Shown here piece after piece: positions 19,628-29,435 of a DNA stretch of 64,000 bases (the first letter of the stretch is position 1; every line of letters starts with the position of its first letter). A program made the translations under genes and the position numbers. The stretch is from Thermoanaerobaculia bacterium (GTDB lineage: Bacteria > Acidobacteriota > Thermoanaerobaculia > Multivoradales > Multivoraceae): assembly GCA_963664405.1 (NCBI GenBank), contig OY761158.1, positions 5,856,001-5,920,000 on the forward strand, read 5' to 3'. Below the pieces are notes generated by a model. The model worked only from the letters and a program-made list of their open reading frames with translations. It ran no database searches and was not told the DNA's origin.

Positions 19628-19731
19628 CACTGCCCACTGCCTACTTCATACTTCATACTTCATACTTCTTACTTCTTACTTCTTACTGTTTACTGCTTAC
19701 TGTTTACTTCCTATTCTTACTTCCTACTGGA
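19628..19731. repeat. Degenerate heptamer tandem array (about 15 units, consensus TACTTCY)
   Basis: CACTGCC x2, TACTTCA x3, TACTTCT x3, TACTGTT, TACTGCT, TACTGTT, TACTTCC, TATTCT, TACTTCC, TACTGGA. Confidence 0.92.
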
Positions 19732-19745
19732 GGCTGAGGAGGACC

Positions 19746-20240
19746 GTGGCTGCAATCGACTGGGATCTTCCCGATCCCTTCACCCTCGACCTCGAAGTTC
19801 AAGAGAGCGACATCGATGGTCTCGGTCACACCAACAACACGGTCTACCTCTCCTGGTGTGGACAGGTAGCGTGGGCCCATACGGTGGCTGTGGGCCTCGA
19901 TCTCGTTGACTGGCGACGGTTGAATCGGGCGATGGCCCTGCGAAAGTCAGAGCTGCACTTTTTGGCCCCGTCGTTTCTGGGCGAGCGCATTCGGGTTGCC
20001 AACTGGATCGTCGCCTGTGAAGGGCGAGTGCGCGCCACCCGGCGGTTTCAGATCTGCCGCGTCGACGATGGCATCACCCTCGCCCGGGTCCTCTCCCAAT
20101 ACGCGTGCATCGATCTGGCCTCGGGACGACCGCGCCGCATGCCGGCGCTCTTCGGTGAGCGCTACGTCGTGGAGCCGAGTGTGAAGTCGGCCCTCGCCGA
20201 GGAGGGCTCTCCCTTCGCTCTGCCCCCCGACCGCGGCTAA
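19746..20240 (+). CDS. Acyl-CoA thioesterase (4HBT/YbgC hotdog fold)
   Basis: DIDGLGHTNNTVYLSW, IDLASGRPRRMP; GAGGAGG RBS. Confidence 0.9.
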   Translation: MAAIDWDLPDPFTLDLEVQESDIDGLGHTNNTVYLSWCGQVAWAHTVAVGLDLVDWRRLNRAMALRKSELHFLAPSFLGERIRVANWIVACEGRVRATRRFQICRVDDGITLARVLSQYACIDLASGRPRRMPALFGERYVVEPSVKSALAEEGSPFALPPDRG

Positions 20241-20246
20241 GACCCT

Positions 20247-21206
20247 CTAGCGTGGTCCAGGCCGAGTGGTTGTGCCCGCTCCTGCGGCGGGAGTGGCCCC
20301 CTTGATGACGCTCATCGCGGTGGCGATCATTCCCGCTACGTCGGTGAGATTGGCGGGCAGGAGAATGGTGTTGTTCGTCTTGGCGAGCTCTCCGAACTTT
20401 TCTATGTAATCCTGCGCCACTCGCAACTGGACGGCCTCGAGACCGCCTTCCGCGCCGATCGCCGCGGCCACCCGGGTGATGCCGTCGCCGGTCGCTTCGG
20501 CGACGGCACGAATCGCCGCAGCCTCGCCCGCGGCTTCGTTGATCTGCCGCTGCTTGGCGGCTTCGGAGGCCTTGATGACTTGTTGCTTTTCGCCTTCTGC
20601 GGCGTTGATGGCAGCGTCGCGCTCGCCTTCGGAAGTGAGGATGACCGCGCGCTTCTCGCGCTCGGCGCGCATCTGTTTTTCCATCGCCGCGAGAACGTCT
20701 CCCGGCGGACTGATGTTTTTGATCTCGTAGCGAAGCACTTTGATGCCCCAGGGGTCCGAGGCCTTGTCGACCTCGTTGACGACCTGAACATTGATGTGAG
20801 TGCGCTCTTCGAAGGTGCGATCGAGATCTATTTTTCCGATCTCGCTTCGCAGAGTCGTCTGCGCCAGCTGTGAGATGGCGAAGAGATAGTCCGCGACCCC
20901 GTAGGAAGCTCGCTTGGGGTCCATGACCTTGAGGTAGAGCACCCCGTCGACACCAACCTGGACATTGTCGCGAGTTATGCAGATCTGCTCCGGTATGTCG
21001 ACCGCTCTCTCTTTGAGGCTGTGCTTGTAGCGGATCACCTCGATGAAGGGAAGAAGAATGTGAAAGCCCGCGCTCAGACTCTTCTGGAACTTGCCGAGCC
21101 GCTCGACGACGAAGGCGTTCTGCTGCGGCACCACGATCGCGGTTTTGGCGATCACGATGATGACGACAAAAGCAAGGAATGCGAAAACGACGATCGTGGT
21201 AGTCAC
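20247..21206 (-). CDS. SPFH/band-7 stomatin-like protein (QmcA/paraslipin type)
   Basis: N-terminal TM, VVERLGKF, QICITRDNV, AQTTLRS, MEKQMRAEREKRA. Confidence 0.95.
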   Translation of the reverse strand: MTTTIVVFAFLAFVVIIVIAKTAIVVPQQNAFVVERLGKFQKSLSAGFHILLPFIEVIRYKHSLKERAVDIPEQICITRDNVQVGVDGVLYLKVMDPKRASYGVADYLFAISQLAQTTLRSEIGKIDLDRTFEERTHINVQVVNEVDKASDPWGIKVLRYEIKNISPPGDVLAAMEKQMRAEREKRAVILTSEGERDAAINAAEGEKQQVIKASEAAKQRQINEAAGEAAAIRAVAEATGDGITRVAAAIGAEGGLEAVQLRVAQDYIEKFGELAKTNNTILLPANLTDVAGMIATAMSVIKGATPAAGAGTTTRPGPR

Positions 21207-21643
21207 GTGGGGATCCTCCGTACCAGTAGTTTCAGGCCATCTAGCTGCTCTATTGCACAGGACTCGCCTCGAGCCAGAGGCACATCGCCGACGTTGCGAG
21301 CGGTCCAGGAGGTTCCTCTGAGCTCTGCCTTACCCTCCGCGCCGGGCGCCAGGCCCTCGGCGAGAAGAACAGTCTTGCCGAGCAGTGAGTCGATAGCATC
21401 GGAGGCGTCGGCCCCGCGGTGTAGCCAGCGCAGGATGGGGCTGCGAAGGGTCAGCAGCGAGAACACCGAAAGGACTGAGAAGAGGCCCCATTGGAACCAG
21501 GCGGGACCGCCGATGCCGATCGCTGTCAGCCCCCCGAGGAGCAGGGCCGCTGCGCCGAAGAACAGCATGAAGATGCCGCCGGGGAGTAGGACCTCGGCGG
21601 CAAGACAACCGAGCCCGACCAGCAACCACATCCACCAGAGCAT
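21203..21643 (-). CDS. NfeD family membrane protein
   Basis: Hydrophobic N-terminus, C-terminal OB fold (G.AELRGTSWTA); coupled to the SPFH gene, a well-known pairing. Confidence 0.9.
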   Translation of the reverse strand: MLWWMWLLVGLGCLAAEVLLPGGIFMLFFGAAALLLGGLTAIGIGGPAWFQWGLFSVLSVFSLLTLRSPILRWLHRGADASDAIDSLLGKTVLLAEGLAPGAEGKAELRGTSWTARNVGDVPLARGESCAIEQLDGLKLLVRRIPT

Positions 21644-21680
21644 TAGGTGTCCTCCGTGGGCTCATCATATATGCACTGCC

Positions 21681-21716
21681 GCCACCGCCACCGCCACCGC
21701 CACCGCCACCGCCACC
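21681..21716. repeat. (GCCACC)6 microsatellite
   Basis: Six perfect hexamer copies between the amidase stop and nfeD start. Confidence 0.95.
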
Positions 21717-21773
21717 GCGGCCGGCGGCGGAGGCGCGCCCTACGCCGACGCTACTGCGCACGGGACAGTGGAG

Positions 21774-23174
21774 TTAGAGAGGCGACGGTAGAGTGTCTGA
21801 GTGCCTCTTTATCTCTTCAATGGCCTTTGCGGCCCTCAACAAGCCGGCATCGTCGCGCAACGGAGCGACGAGCTGCGCTCCAACGGGCAAGCCATTCTCG
21901 AAGCCCGCGGGGATCGACAGCGCGGGTGAGCAGGTGACAGTGATGAAGCTACATGCCTCCATCCATTCGATATAGGTCGTCATTGCCTTCCCCTCGACTT
22001 CTCGAACCCAGTCCGTTGTCAGGTCGAAGGGAAGAACCTGAGTTGTCGGGCCGAGGATCAAGTCGTAGCTCTCGAATAGCGTCGCCATTCGCGCGATCAG
22101 CGCCATGCGTGCGTCGGGAACCCAGTCGAGCTCCTGCACGCGAAGGCCTTTGCCGGCATCCAGATTCCACCGAATCGTATCTTTCAGCTGGGCCTGCTCA
22201 TCGCTGCTCATCGCCCCGAAACGAGCTCTGAACCCGTTGGCGCGCAGAATGTGGAAAATGCGGGCCGCGTCACTGAAGTCCGGGCTGATCTCCTCGATCC
22301 GTACACCTGCATCCATCAGCTCGGCGGCAAAACGCCGCAGCGCTTCGCGCACCGGGCGGTCGACGGGCAGAGCTCCAAAATCTTCGGTGAAGCCGATCTT
22401 GAGTGTCTTGGGGTCCATTGGCTCGACCTGTCGAAACGAAGCACCCGACTCGGGAAGGACGTTAGGCACTGTGGGAAGGGGTCCGGCCAAGACCGAAAAC
22501 AACAGAGCGACATCATCGACAGTGCGGGCCATGGGCCCCGCGGTACTAAGGTCATTCCACGGATTCGGGCCGCCGGGAACGCGACCCGGGGAAGGGCGGA
22601 AGCCGACGACGTTACAAAACGCAGCCGGATTCCTGAGCGAGCCGCCGGTGTCGCTACCGTCGGCGATGGGAATCATTCGAGCGGAGAGTGCTGCCGCGGC
22701 ACCGCCACTACTGCCGCCGCAGGTCTTGGTCTGGTCGTAGGGGTTCTTGGTCGCACCGAACACGCGATTGAAGGTCTGTGAGCCGGCACCGAACTCTGGC
22801 GTGTTTGTCTTGCCGACGGTGATGGCATCGGCGTCGCGCAAGCGGGTCACGATAAGCGCGTCTTCCGCCGGCACGTTGTCGGCAAAGAGCGGCGAGCCAA
22901 AGGTTGTGCGGATGCCCTTGGTCGCTACCAGGTCCTTGTGGGCGATGGGGAGCCCGGCGAGCGGGCCGACCTGCTCGCCGTCGTGGATGCGTTGGTCGAG
23001 TCTCTTGGCTTGTTCGACGGCCTGCTCGAAGGCGGTCGTTACGATGGCGTTGAGCGGTGGGTTCGTGATCTCGATGTGGTCGATGAAGGCGGTGAGCACC
23101 TCGTGGCAGCTCACGCTACGAGAATCGATCCGCGCTCGTAGGGCCGTTGCGGTCAACAGGCAGAGCTCATTCAT
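21774..23174 (-). CDS. Amidase signature family enzyme
   Basis: GPLAGLPIAHKD, GKTNTPEFG, GGSSGG, GSDTGGSLRNPA. Confidence 0.95.
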   Translation of the reverse strand: MNELCLLTATALRARIDSRSVSCHEVLTAFIDHIEITNPPLNAIVTTAFEQAVEQAKRLDQRIHDGEQVGPLAGLPIAHKDLVATKGIRTTFGSPLFADNVPAEDALIVTRLRDADAITVGKTNTPEFGAGSQTFNRVFGATKNPYDQTKTCGGSSGGAAAALSARMIPIADGSDTGGSLRNPAAFCNVVGFRPSPGRVPGGPNPWNDLSTAGPMARTVDDVALLFSVLAGPLPTVPNVLPESGASFRQVEPMDPKTLKIGFTEDFGALPVDRPVREALRRFAAELMDAGVRIEEISPDFSDAARIFHILRANGFRARFGAMSSDEQAQLKDTIRWNLDAGKGLRVQELDWVPDARMALIARMATLFESYDLILGPTTQVLPFDLTTDWVREVEGKAMTTYIEWMEACSFITVTCSPALSIPAGFENGLPVGAQLVAPLRDDAGLLRAAKAIEEIKRHSDTLPSPL

Positions 23175-23290
23175 CGTGATGGCATCCTTGGCTCGCTGTC
23201 GATAGATGAGAGTCTAGCAAGCGTCCGGCGCCGCTCGAATAGCGGCGGGGCTGGCGGCGAGATGCCATTTGGTCGATACAATGTGAACGG

Positions 23291-23648
23291 ATGAAGGGCG
23301 CCACCGGCAACTCGAACCAGAGTCTCGAAGACTCGATCCATAGGGTCGCCAGCGACCTCAACGAGGGCATCCAGAATTGGATCAACGGTTCTGTACCGGA
23401 GACGGATGCCGCCTTCGCCGCGATCCGCGCGGCCACCCATCGCGGGTTCTCCTACGTTTTCACCGACGGTGGCACGAGTGTCGATGGCGCCTTTTGGAGT
23501 GATCTCCGCCCCTCCTGGGGTAAGAACCCTGAGTTTCGTCTGGCCACCCCTCGCCGTAGAGGGCCTCCTGCTATCGCGTTTGCACGAGTCGATGATTCCG
23601 CCCGAAGAGGAGCAGCTCCTCGAATGGAGTGAGCTCGAGGCCTCTTAG
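23291..23648 (+). pseudogene. Possible internally deleted NTF2/SnoaL-like protein
   Basis: N-terminal part (IQNWING...FSYVFTDG) and a C-terminal-type GLLLSRLHES motif lie in different frames with the middle strands apparently missing; family call from memory of the fold. Confidence 0.4.
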
Positions 23649-25423
23649 GCGTTGATCGGAGCTTCGCTCCGGGGTCTGGCGAATTGGCGCTCGACGAGGC
23701 GGCTGTAGAGGCCGCCGCGGGCCATCAGATGCTCGTGGGTTCCGACTTCGGCGACGGCTCCCTCCTCCAGCACTACCACTCGATCTGCGCCGCGGACCGT
23801 AGAGAGGCGATGCGCGATCACGATCGTCGTGCGGCCCTTCATCAGGCGGTCCAGCGCCTCTTGCACCAGGTGCTCACTCTCGGCGTCGAGCGCCGAGGTT
23901 GCCTCGTCGAGAATCAGGATGCGAGGGTCCTTGAGCACCGCACGAGCAATCGCGATGCGCTGCTTCTGGCCACCAGACAGGCGCACCCCGCGCTCGCCGA
24001 CCAGAGTCTCATAGGCCTCAGGGAAGTCCGCGATGAACCCGTCCGCGTTTGCAAGGGCGGCTGCGCTGTGAACTTCGCCGTCTTCGGCGCTAGGGCGGCC
24101 GTAGCGAATGTTGTCGGCAATGGAGCCAGCGAAGAGAACGGGCTCTTGCATGACTGCGCCGATTTTTCCCCGGAGGGATTGCGGCGCCAGATCGCGCAGA
24201 TCTCGGCCGTCGAGAGTGATCCTGCCTGCGCCGGGATCGTAGAAGCGCGGAATGAGAGTTGCCACGGTGGACTTTCCTCCCCCAGAGGGCCCGACCAGGG
24301 CTACGACCTCGCCTGGACTGAGCTGGAGGTCGAAGGAGCGAAGCACGGGAACGTCCGGCCGGGAGGGGTAGGCGAAGTCGACCTTCTCGAAGCGTAGGGC
24401 TCCCTTGGTCTCGCCCAGTGGCTCCCCGCCTCGACTCTCGAGCTTGCCGCTCTGGTCGAGGAGCTCGAAGATGCGCTGCGAGGCCCCCACTGCGCGCATG
24501 AAGTCGCCATACAGACTCGCGAGCGATCCCAGCGAAACGGCCACGATGCCGGTGTAGAGGAGGAAAGCCGTGAGCTGGCCGATCGACAGCTGGTCGATCG
24601 TGACCAGGCGCCCGCCGTACCAGACCACCAGGGCCACGGCGCCGTAGCCGACAAAGCCCATGACTCCGCTGAAGCCCCCTACCGCGAGAGCGCGCTTGGA
24701 AGCGAGCTGGAAGGAGTGATCGATCGCGGCATCGTAGCGACCCTCTTCATGCCCCTCTCGCGCGAAAGATCGAACGGTGCGGATACCTGAAATGGCCTCT
24801 TCGGCCACCACTGTAGAAGCGGCCAGCGCATCCTGCACTTTCATCGATAGGCGACGGATCATCCGGCCATAGAGCACCGCGGCAGTGACTCCAATCGGCA
24901 CGATCGCCATCGCGATTCCGGTCAGGCGGGGGCTCATCCATAACAGAAGGCCGATCCCCCCGACGGCGCCGAGGATGTGACGCAGGGACATCGATACGTT
25001 GAGGGTCACGGTGTTTTGCAGAACTGTGGTGTCAGCGGTCAGGCGATTGGTGAGCTCGCCGGTGCGCCGGTGGTCGAAGAACTCGATGTCCTGGCCCAGG
25101 ATGGCGCCGAAGAGCCGGGTGCGAAGGTTGGCTACGATGCTCTCGCCTGCGACCGTGAATAGCCATGCTCGAAGCATCGCGAAGGTCGCCTGGACGGCAA
25201 AAAGAACGACCAGCAGAACCGCTCCTGTGTCGAAGGAGAAGGGTGCCTCGCCGCCGGTGAGCGAGTCGACCATGAATCGAATCGCCTGGGGATAGATGAG
25301 AGTCATTCCCGAGCTGACGAGCAGCGCGAAGGTGGCAAGCGAGAGCCGCGGAAGCTCCGGGCGAGCCAGGGCCAGAATACGCCCAATCTGTGGCCGGGTC
25401 TTGCTCTGTGCCTCTTCCGTCAT
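23645..25423 (-). CDS. ABC exporter, fused TMD+NBD (MsbA/ABCB type)
   Basis: Six TM segments, GPSGGGKST, LSGGQKQR, ILDEATSALD, IAHRLST. Confidence 0.95.
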   Translation of the reverse strand: MTEEAQSKTRPQIGRILALARPELPRLSLATFALLVSSGMTLIYPQAIRFMVDSLTGGEAPFSFDTGAVLLVVLFAVQATFAMLRAWLFTVAGESIVANLRTRLFGAILGQDIEFFDHRRTGELTNRLTADTTVLQNTVTLNVSMSLRHILGAVGGIGLLLWMSPRLTGIAMAIVPIGVTAAVLYGRMIRRLSMKVQDALAASTVVAEEAISGIRTVRSFAREGHEEGRYDAAIDHSFQLASKRALAVGGFSGVMGFVGYGAVALVVWYGGRLVTIDQLSIGQLTAFLLYTGIVAVSLGSLASLYGDFMRAVGASQRIFELLDQSGKLESRGGEPLGETKGALRFEKVDFAYPSRPDVPVLRSFDLQLSPGEVVALVGPSGGGKSTVATLIPRFYDPGAGRITLDGRDLRDLAPQSLRGKIGAVMQEPVLFAGSIADNIRYGRPSAEDGEVHSAAALANADGFIADFPEAYETLVGERGVRLSGGQKQRIAIARAVLKDPRILILDEATSALDAESEHLVQEALDRLMKGRTTIVIAHRLSTVRGADRVVVLEEGAVAEVGTHEHLMARGGLYSRLVERQFARPRSEAPINA

Positions 25424-25436
25424 CGGCCTGACTCCT

Positions 25437-26108
25437 CTACCTCGAGGCGAGGAAGATGGTGTGGCGGTGACCCTTGCGCCCGTTGGAACGCGCGGTTTCG
25501 GCTCTTACTTTGAAGCCGCTGTTGGAGAGGCGCTGGACGAACGCCGGGTCCGGGCTGGACGACCATACTGCCAAGACTCCACTGGCGGTGAGCATGCCGC
25601 CGCGAATGCGAGTGAGGGCCTCGTGAGAGTAGAGGCGTTCGTTGGACTTCAGGCACAGGGCTTGAGGACCGTTGTCCACGTCGAGGAGGATCGCGTCATA
25701 GGGGCGACGCCCGGGCTCCTCGAAGAGAGGCCAAGAGACGTCGCGCTCCACGAAGCGAACCCGTGGGTCCTCCATCGCCCCGCCCTGGAGATCGGCGAGG
25801 TAGCTTCGGTTCCAGGCGATAACACTGGAGGAGATCTCGGCGACGACGACCTCCGCCTGGGGCGGAAGCAGGTCGAGCGCCTTGCGCAGCGTGTAGCCAA
25901 AGCCGAGGCCTCCGATGAGAAGACGCGGCCGTAGGCCGGCGACTCGGCTGCACCCGAGCGCTGCGAGCGCCGACTCCGAGCCGGTGGCTCGAGTCGACAT
26001 CAGCTGCTCGCCGTCGAGCTGAATAAAGTAGTCGCCGTCTCGGCGCAGCAGGCGAAGCCGACCCCCGTCGGCAGTCGCGGCGGTTTCAAGCACTTCTAGC
26101 GGACGCAT
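25437..26108 (-). CDS. Spermidine-synthase-like SAM-dependent protein
   Basis: LIGGLGFGYTL, YDAILLDVDNGP. Confidence 0.85.
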   Translation of the reverse strand: MRPLEVLETAATADGGRLRLLRRDGDYFIQLDGEQLMSTRATGSESALAALGCSRVAGLRPRLLIGGLGFGYTLRKALDLLPPQAEVVVAEISSSVIAWNRSYLADLQGGAMEDPRVRFVERDVSWPLFEEPGRRPYDAILLDVDNGPQALCLKSNERLYSHEALTRIRGGMLTASGVLAVWSSSPDPAFVQRLSNSGFKVRAETARSNGRKGHRHTIFLASR

Positions 26109-26165
26109 GTCGCGCTCCGTTCAAAGGACCCGCTGCCGTCGGGGGCTCGGCTCTCGCGATGCCTG

Positions 26166-26447
26166 TTACCAGCGAGGACGGCGGTCGCCGCCGCCGCCGC
26201 CGCGGTTGTCGTTGCGCGGACGAGCCTCGTTGACGGTCAGAGTCCGTCCACCCATCTCGGTCTGGTTGAGGGCGTTGATGGCCGCATCGGCGCCTTCCAT
26301 TTCGACAAAACCGAAGCCACGGGGGCGACCGGTCTCGCGATCGGTGATTAGGTTGACAGAGCTGACCTCGCCGTGCTCTGCGAAAATACCGCGGAGCTCA
26401 TCTTCTGTAGTGCTGAATGGCAGGTTGCCAACGTAGATTCTCTTCAT
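26166..26447 (-). CDS. RRM RNA-binding protein
   Basis: RNP2 IYVGNL, RNP1 RGFGFVEM, Gly/Arg-rich tail. Confidence 0.97.
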   Translation of the reverse strand: MKRIYVGNLPFSTTEDELRGIFAEHGEVSSVNLITDRETGRPRGFGFVEMEGADAAINALNQTEMGGRTLTVNEARPRNDNRGGGGGDRRPRW

Positions 26448-26666
26448 GATTCACTGTCCTCGTACTGGTGCCGGGTTTCCCAAGGGGTTTCGGCGGGATT
26501 TCTTTCGCCCGATCATTATGAGCGGATACGACTAGGTTCGCGCCTTCAGACGGCGCGGGGGAATCGGCTAGATCTCGGAAAAGCTGATCGAAGGAAAAAA
26601 AGGCTTCGGTAGGCTTAGGAGGGAGACTGGCTAACAACACCCAGCGTGGCAATCGAACCAGCGTTT

Positions 26667-26675
26667 ATCATAGCA
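26667..26675 (-). promoter_or_regulatory. Extended -10 promoter candidate for the RRM gene
   Basis: TGCTATGAT on the minus strand about 220 bp upstream of the ATG. Confidence 0.4.
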
Positions 26676-26782
26676 CGTCTTCGATTCGAAGTAGGGAATC
26701 CGGGCAATCGCGGTAATAATAGCGTCTGGTCGGCTTCCGATATAACCGCTGCTGGATCCTGTGTTGTTTTTGGAGGGCTGCT

Positions 26783-27130
26783 TTGACGAAGGATACGTCT
26801 TCGAAGAGAGCGCCAGAGGAAGGTGTTGGGTCACCGACTCATGCTTCGCATTTGGGACCTGAACCCGAGCGCCGTGGGCTACCGCGCTTCAACTCTCGCG
26901 GGAGAGTCCGGATCGTCGTGCCCGGCGAGCTCAGCGAAAGAACGGGTGAGCTGGTGAATATCTCCGGCTTGGGGGCTCTGATGCATGGCGATCTACTGGC
27001 CGAGGGGACACAACTCACGATCTCCTACGACGGTGAGCCCGGTCTCGTGATCGAGGCCGTTGTAGTGCGCAAGACGCCGGAAGGGGTTGCGGTTCGTTTC
27101 GTCGAGCCCCCGGACGAGGGCAGCGGCTAA
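26783..27130 (+). CDS. PilZ domain protein
   Basis: ERRGLPR (RxxxR) and NISGLG (NxSxxG), GVAVRF; start uncertain. Confidence 0.85.
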   Translation: MTKDTSSKRAPEEGVGSPTHASHLGPEPERRGLPRFNSRGRVRIVVPGELSERTGELVNISGLGALMHGDLLAEGTQLTISYDGEPGLVIEAVVVRKTPEGVAVRFVEPPDEGSG

Positions 27131-27144
27131 CGCGCTGTCGCTCG

Positions 27145-29269
27145 CTACGAAACTCTTGTCCTCGCCTCTTCCTGTCTTTCGGAGAGCCAGCGGTTGACGA
27201 TCGAGAGCAGATCTTCCTGAGTGAAGGGCTTGCTTAGATAGTCGTCCATCCCAGCGGTCAGACAACGCTCGCGGTCACCGGTCATCGCGTTCGCGGTGAG
27301 AGCGATGATCGGTAACCCCGAGGAAGCGCCCGAGGAGCTCGAGGCAGTCAGACTCTCCTGCGCGCGAATGGCGCGTGTGGCCTCGAATCCGTCCATCGCC
27401 GGCATTTGACAGTCCATCAGAATGAGGTCGTAGCGCGTGCTCGCGACGGCGTGAACCGCTTCCATGCCGGTCGCCGCCAGGTCCACATCCCAGCCTGTCC
27501 TTCCGAGCATGTGAACAACGAGCTGCTGGTTGACAGCATTGTCCTCGGCGACCAGGATCCTCGCTGGGACGAAGTACTCCTCGCCGGTCTCTGTTGGCGG
27601 GGACGTCGAGAGAGGAGGCTGCTCCGTTGCCACGCACTCTCCCAACGCGAGCAGGAGGCGGCTGCGTCGAATCGGACGGTGGAGGATGGCCTCGACCCCA
27701 GCGTCGCGGTACGCGGCCGGCTCCTTCAGGTCGTCGACCGCCGTCACGGCAACGAAGAGTGGCTCAGGTGGCGGTGCCACCCGACGCAGGCTCTCGACCA
27801 AGGAGGGTCCCCTCTCCTTCGCCGCGAATGTTGATGACGACTGCGGCGAATCGCCTTTCAGGATCGACCCACAAGGCTTTGTTCGACGCACCCGCTATAT
27901 CGACATCTTCGGACTCGAATCCCGCCGCGGCGAGGTGGCCCTTTAGGATGCGACGACTGATCGGATGGTCGTCAACGACGAGGGCTCGCAGCGCGGAAGG
28001 TCTCTCAGACCTACCTGGAGGTGCCTGAGACTGCAGCGGAAGGCTGACGGGCAGTGTGAACCAGAACTTCGACCCCTTTCCTTGCGTGCTCTCTGCGTTG
28101 ATCTTTCCGCCCATTCGCTTGACCAGGTGTTTGCTTATGGCAAGTCCAAGACCGGTTCCTTCGTGGCTGCGAGTGGTCGAGGCATCGAGTTGGGTGAAGG
28201 GCGAGAAGAGGTCGGTGATCCTCTCCCGTGCTATGCCGATGCCGGTGTCTTCGACTTCGAAGCGGAGGACAGCGGAGCTCTGCTGTTGCTCTAGGGCACT
28301 GACCCTTACGAGGACTACTCCGGATTGGGTGAACTTGACGGCGTTGTGAGTGAGGTTGGTCAAGATCTGGCGGACGCGGGCGGGATCGGTGTTCACCACA
28401 TCCGGCACGTCGTCGTCGATCGCAGCAAGAATCTCCAGCCCTTTGCGCTGTGCGGGGACGGCAACCAGCTCCACCGAGGTCTCCACCAGCTCTCTCAGGT
28501 TGCTTTGCTCTTCCTCGATGGTCAGCTTGCCGGCCTCGATCTTCGAGAAGTCGAGAATGTCGTTGAGAATGTCGAGGAGTCCGCGGGACGAGGCGAACAC
28601 ATGCTCGGAGAGCTCCCGCTGCTCGGCGTCGAGATCGGTCCGAAGAAGGAGCTCGGTCATCCCGATCGTGGCGCTCATGGGAGTACGGATCTCGTGACTG
28701 ATATTCGCCACGAACTCGCTCTTCGCTCGACTTGCCTCTTGGGCAAGGTCGCGGGCGATGGCGAGCTCTTGATTGGCGCTGCCTAGTTCGCGGATGGCTC
28801 TGTTCTGTTGGGCGCGAAAGAGCAGAACGAAGCTGAGGATGACGCCGATCAGACCCGCGAGGGCCGCCGCGTACAGAGTGGTCTGCTGATCGGCTGTCAT
28901 CTCGTGCCGCGGCAAGGCACCGGCGTGCGAGGCGAAGGAGAAAGCTGCCAGCTCAAGGAGAGCACCGACGGTCCAGATCACGCCGCTCCGAGTGCCGGCG
29001 AAGGAGAAAGCCGCGATCGGCGGTACCACGATCCAGGTCAATCCGGGGGAGTAGAGCCCGCCCATTTCGAGACCTTGATGGGTGACGATCACGAACAGGG
29101 TCGCAGCGGCCACATTACCGGCGAGGGCCAGAGACGAGGTCATCCGCAGCAGCAGGGGCGTCGCCACCAGCAGGAGGGTGGCGATCCCATTTGCCATGGC
29201 AAGGTCCGGTAGACCTGCCTGAATGTAGATCCCCACATAGAAAGGCCCCCAGCCGACCGCCGTGGCCAT
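27145..29269 (-). pseudogene. Hybrid membrane sensor histidine kinase/response regulator, frameshifted at 27809-27812
   Basis: TM helices, [13 protein letters not shown]-box, HNAVKFT, DTGIGI, GTGLGL, two receiver domains (LMDCQMP, KP). Deleting one G of a G4 run joins ORFs 27764-29269 and 27145-27891; may be a sequencing error. Confidence 0.85.
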
Positions 29270-29435
29270 GAGCAGAACCAGCAGGCGTGCCTGGGCGAGG
29301 GCCTCCGGGCCCGTCTGTCGGAGGGATTGCGGAATGAACCAATCGACGAGCGCGAGAAGTGTCTTCGGGCTGGCCTTGCGGCGGTCCGTTGGGTTCTTCA
29401 GCTCAATACCTGAGTTTACCTCAAGGGCGTTTGAG

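Noticed and set aside
19628-19731. CRISPR array or iteron origin
   Set aside because: Units are 7 bp with no spacers; no cas or rep genes nearby.
19391-19909. ORFs translating the heptamer array (TSYFILHTSYFLLLT...)
   Set aside because: Translation of a non-coding repeat; overlaps real genes.
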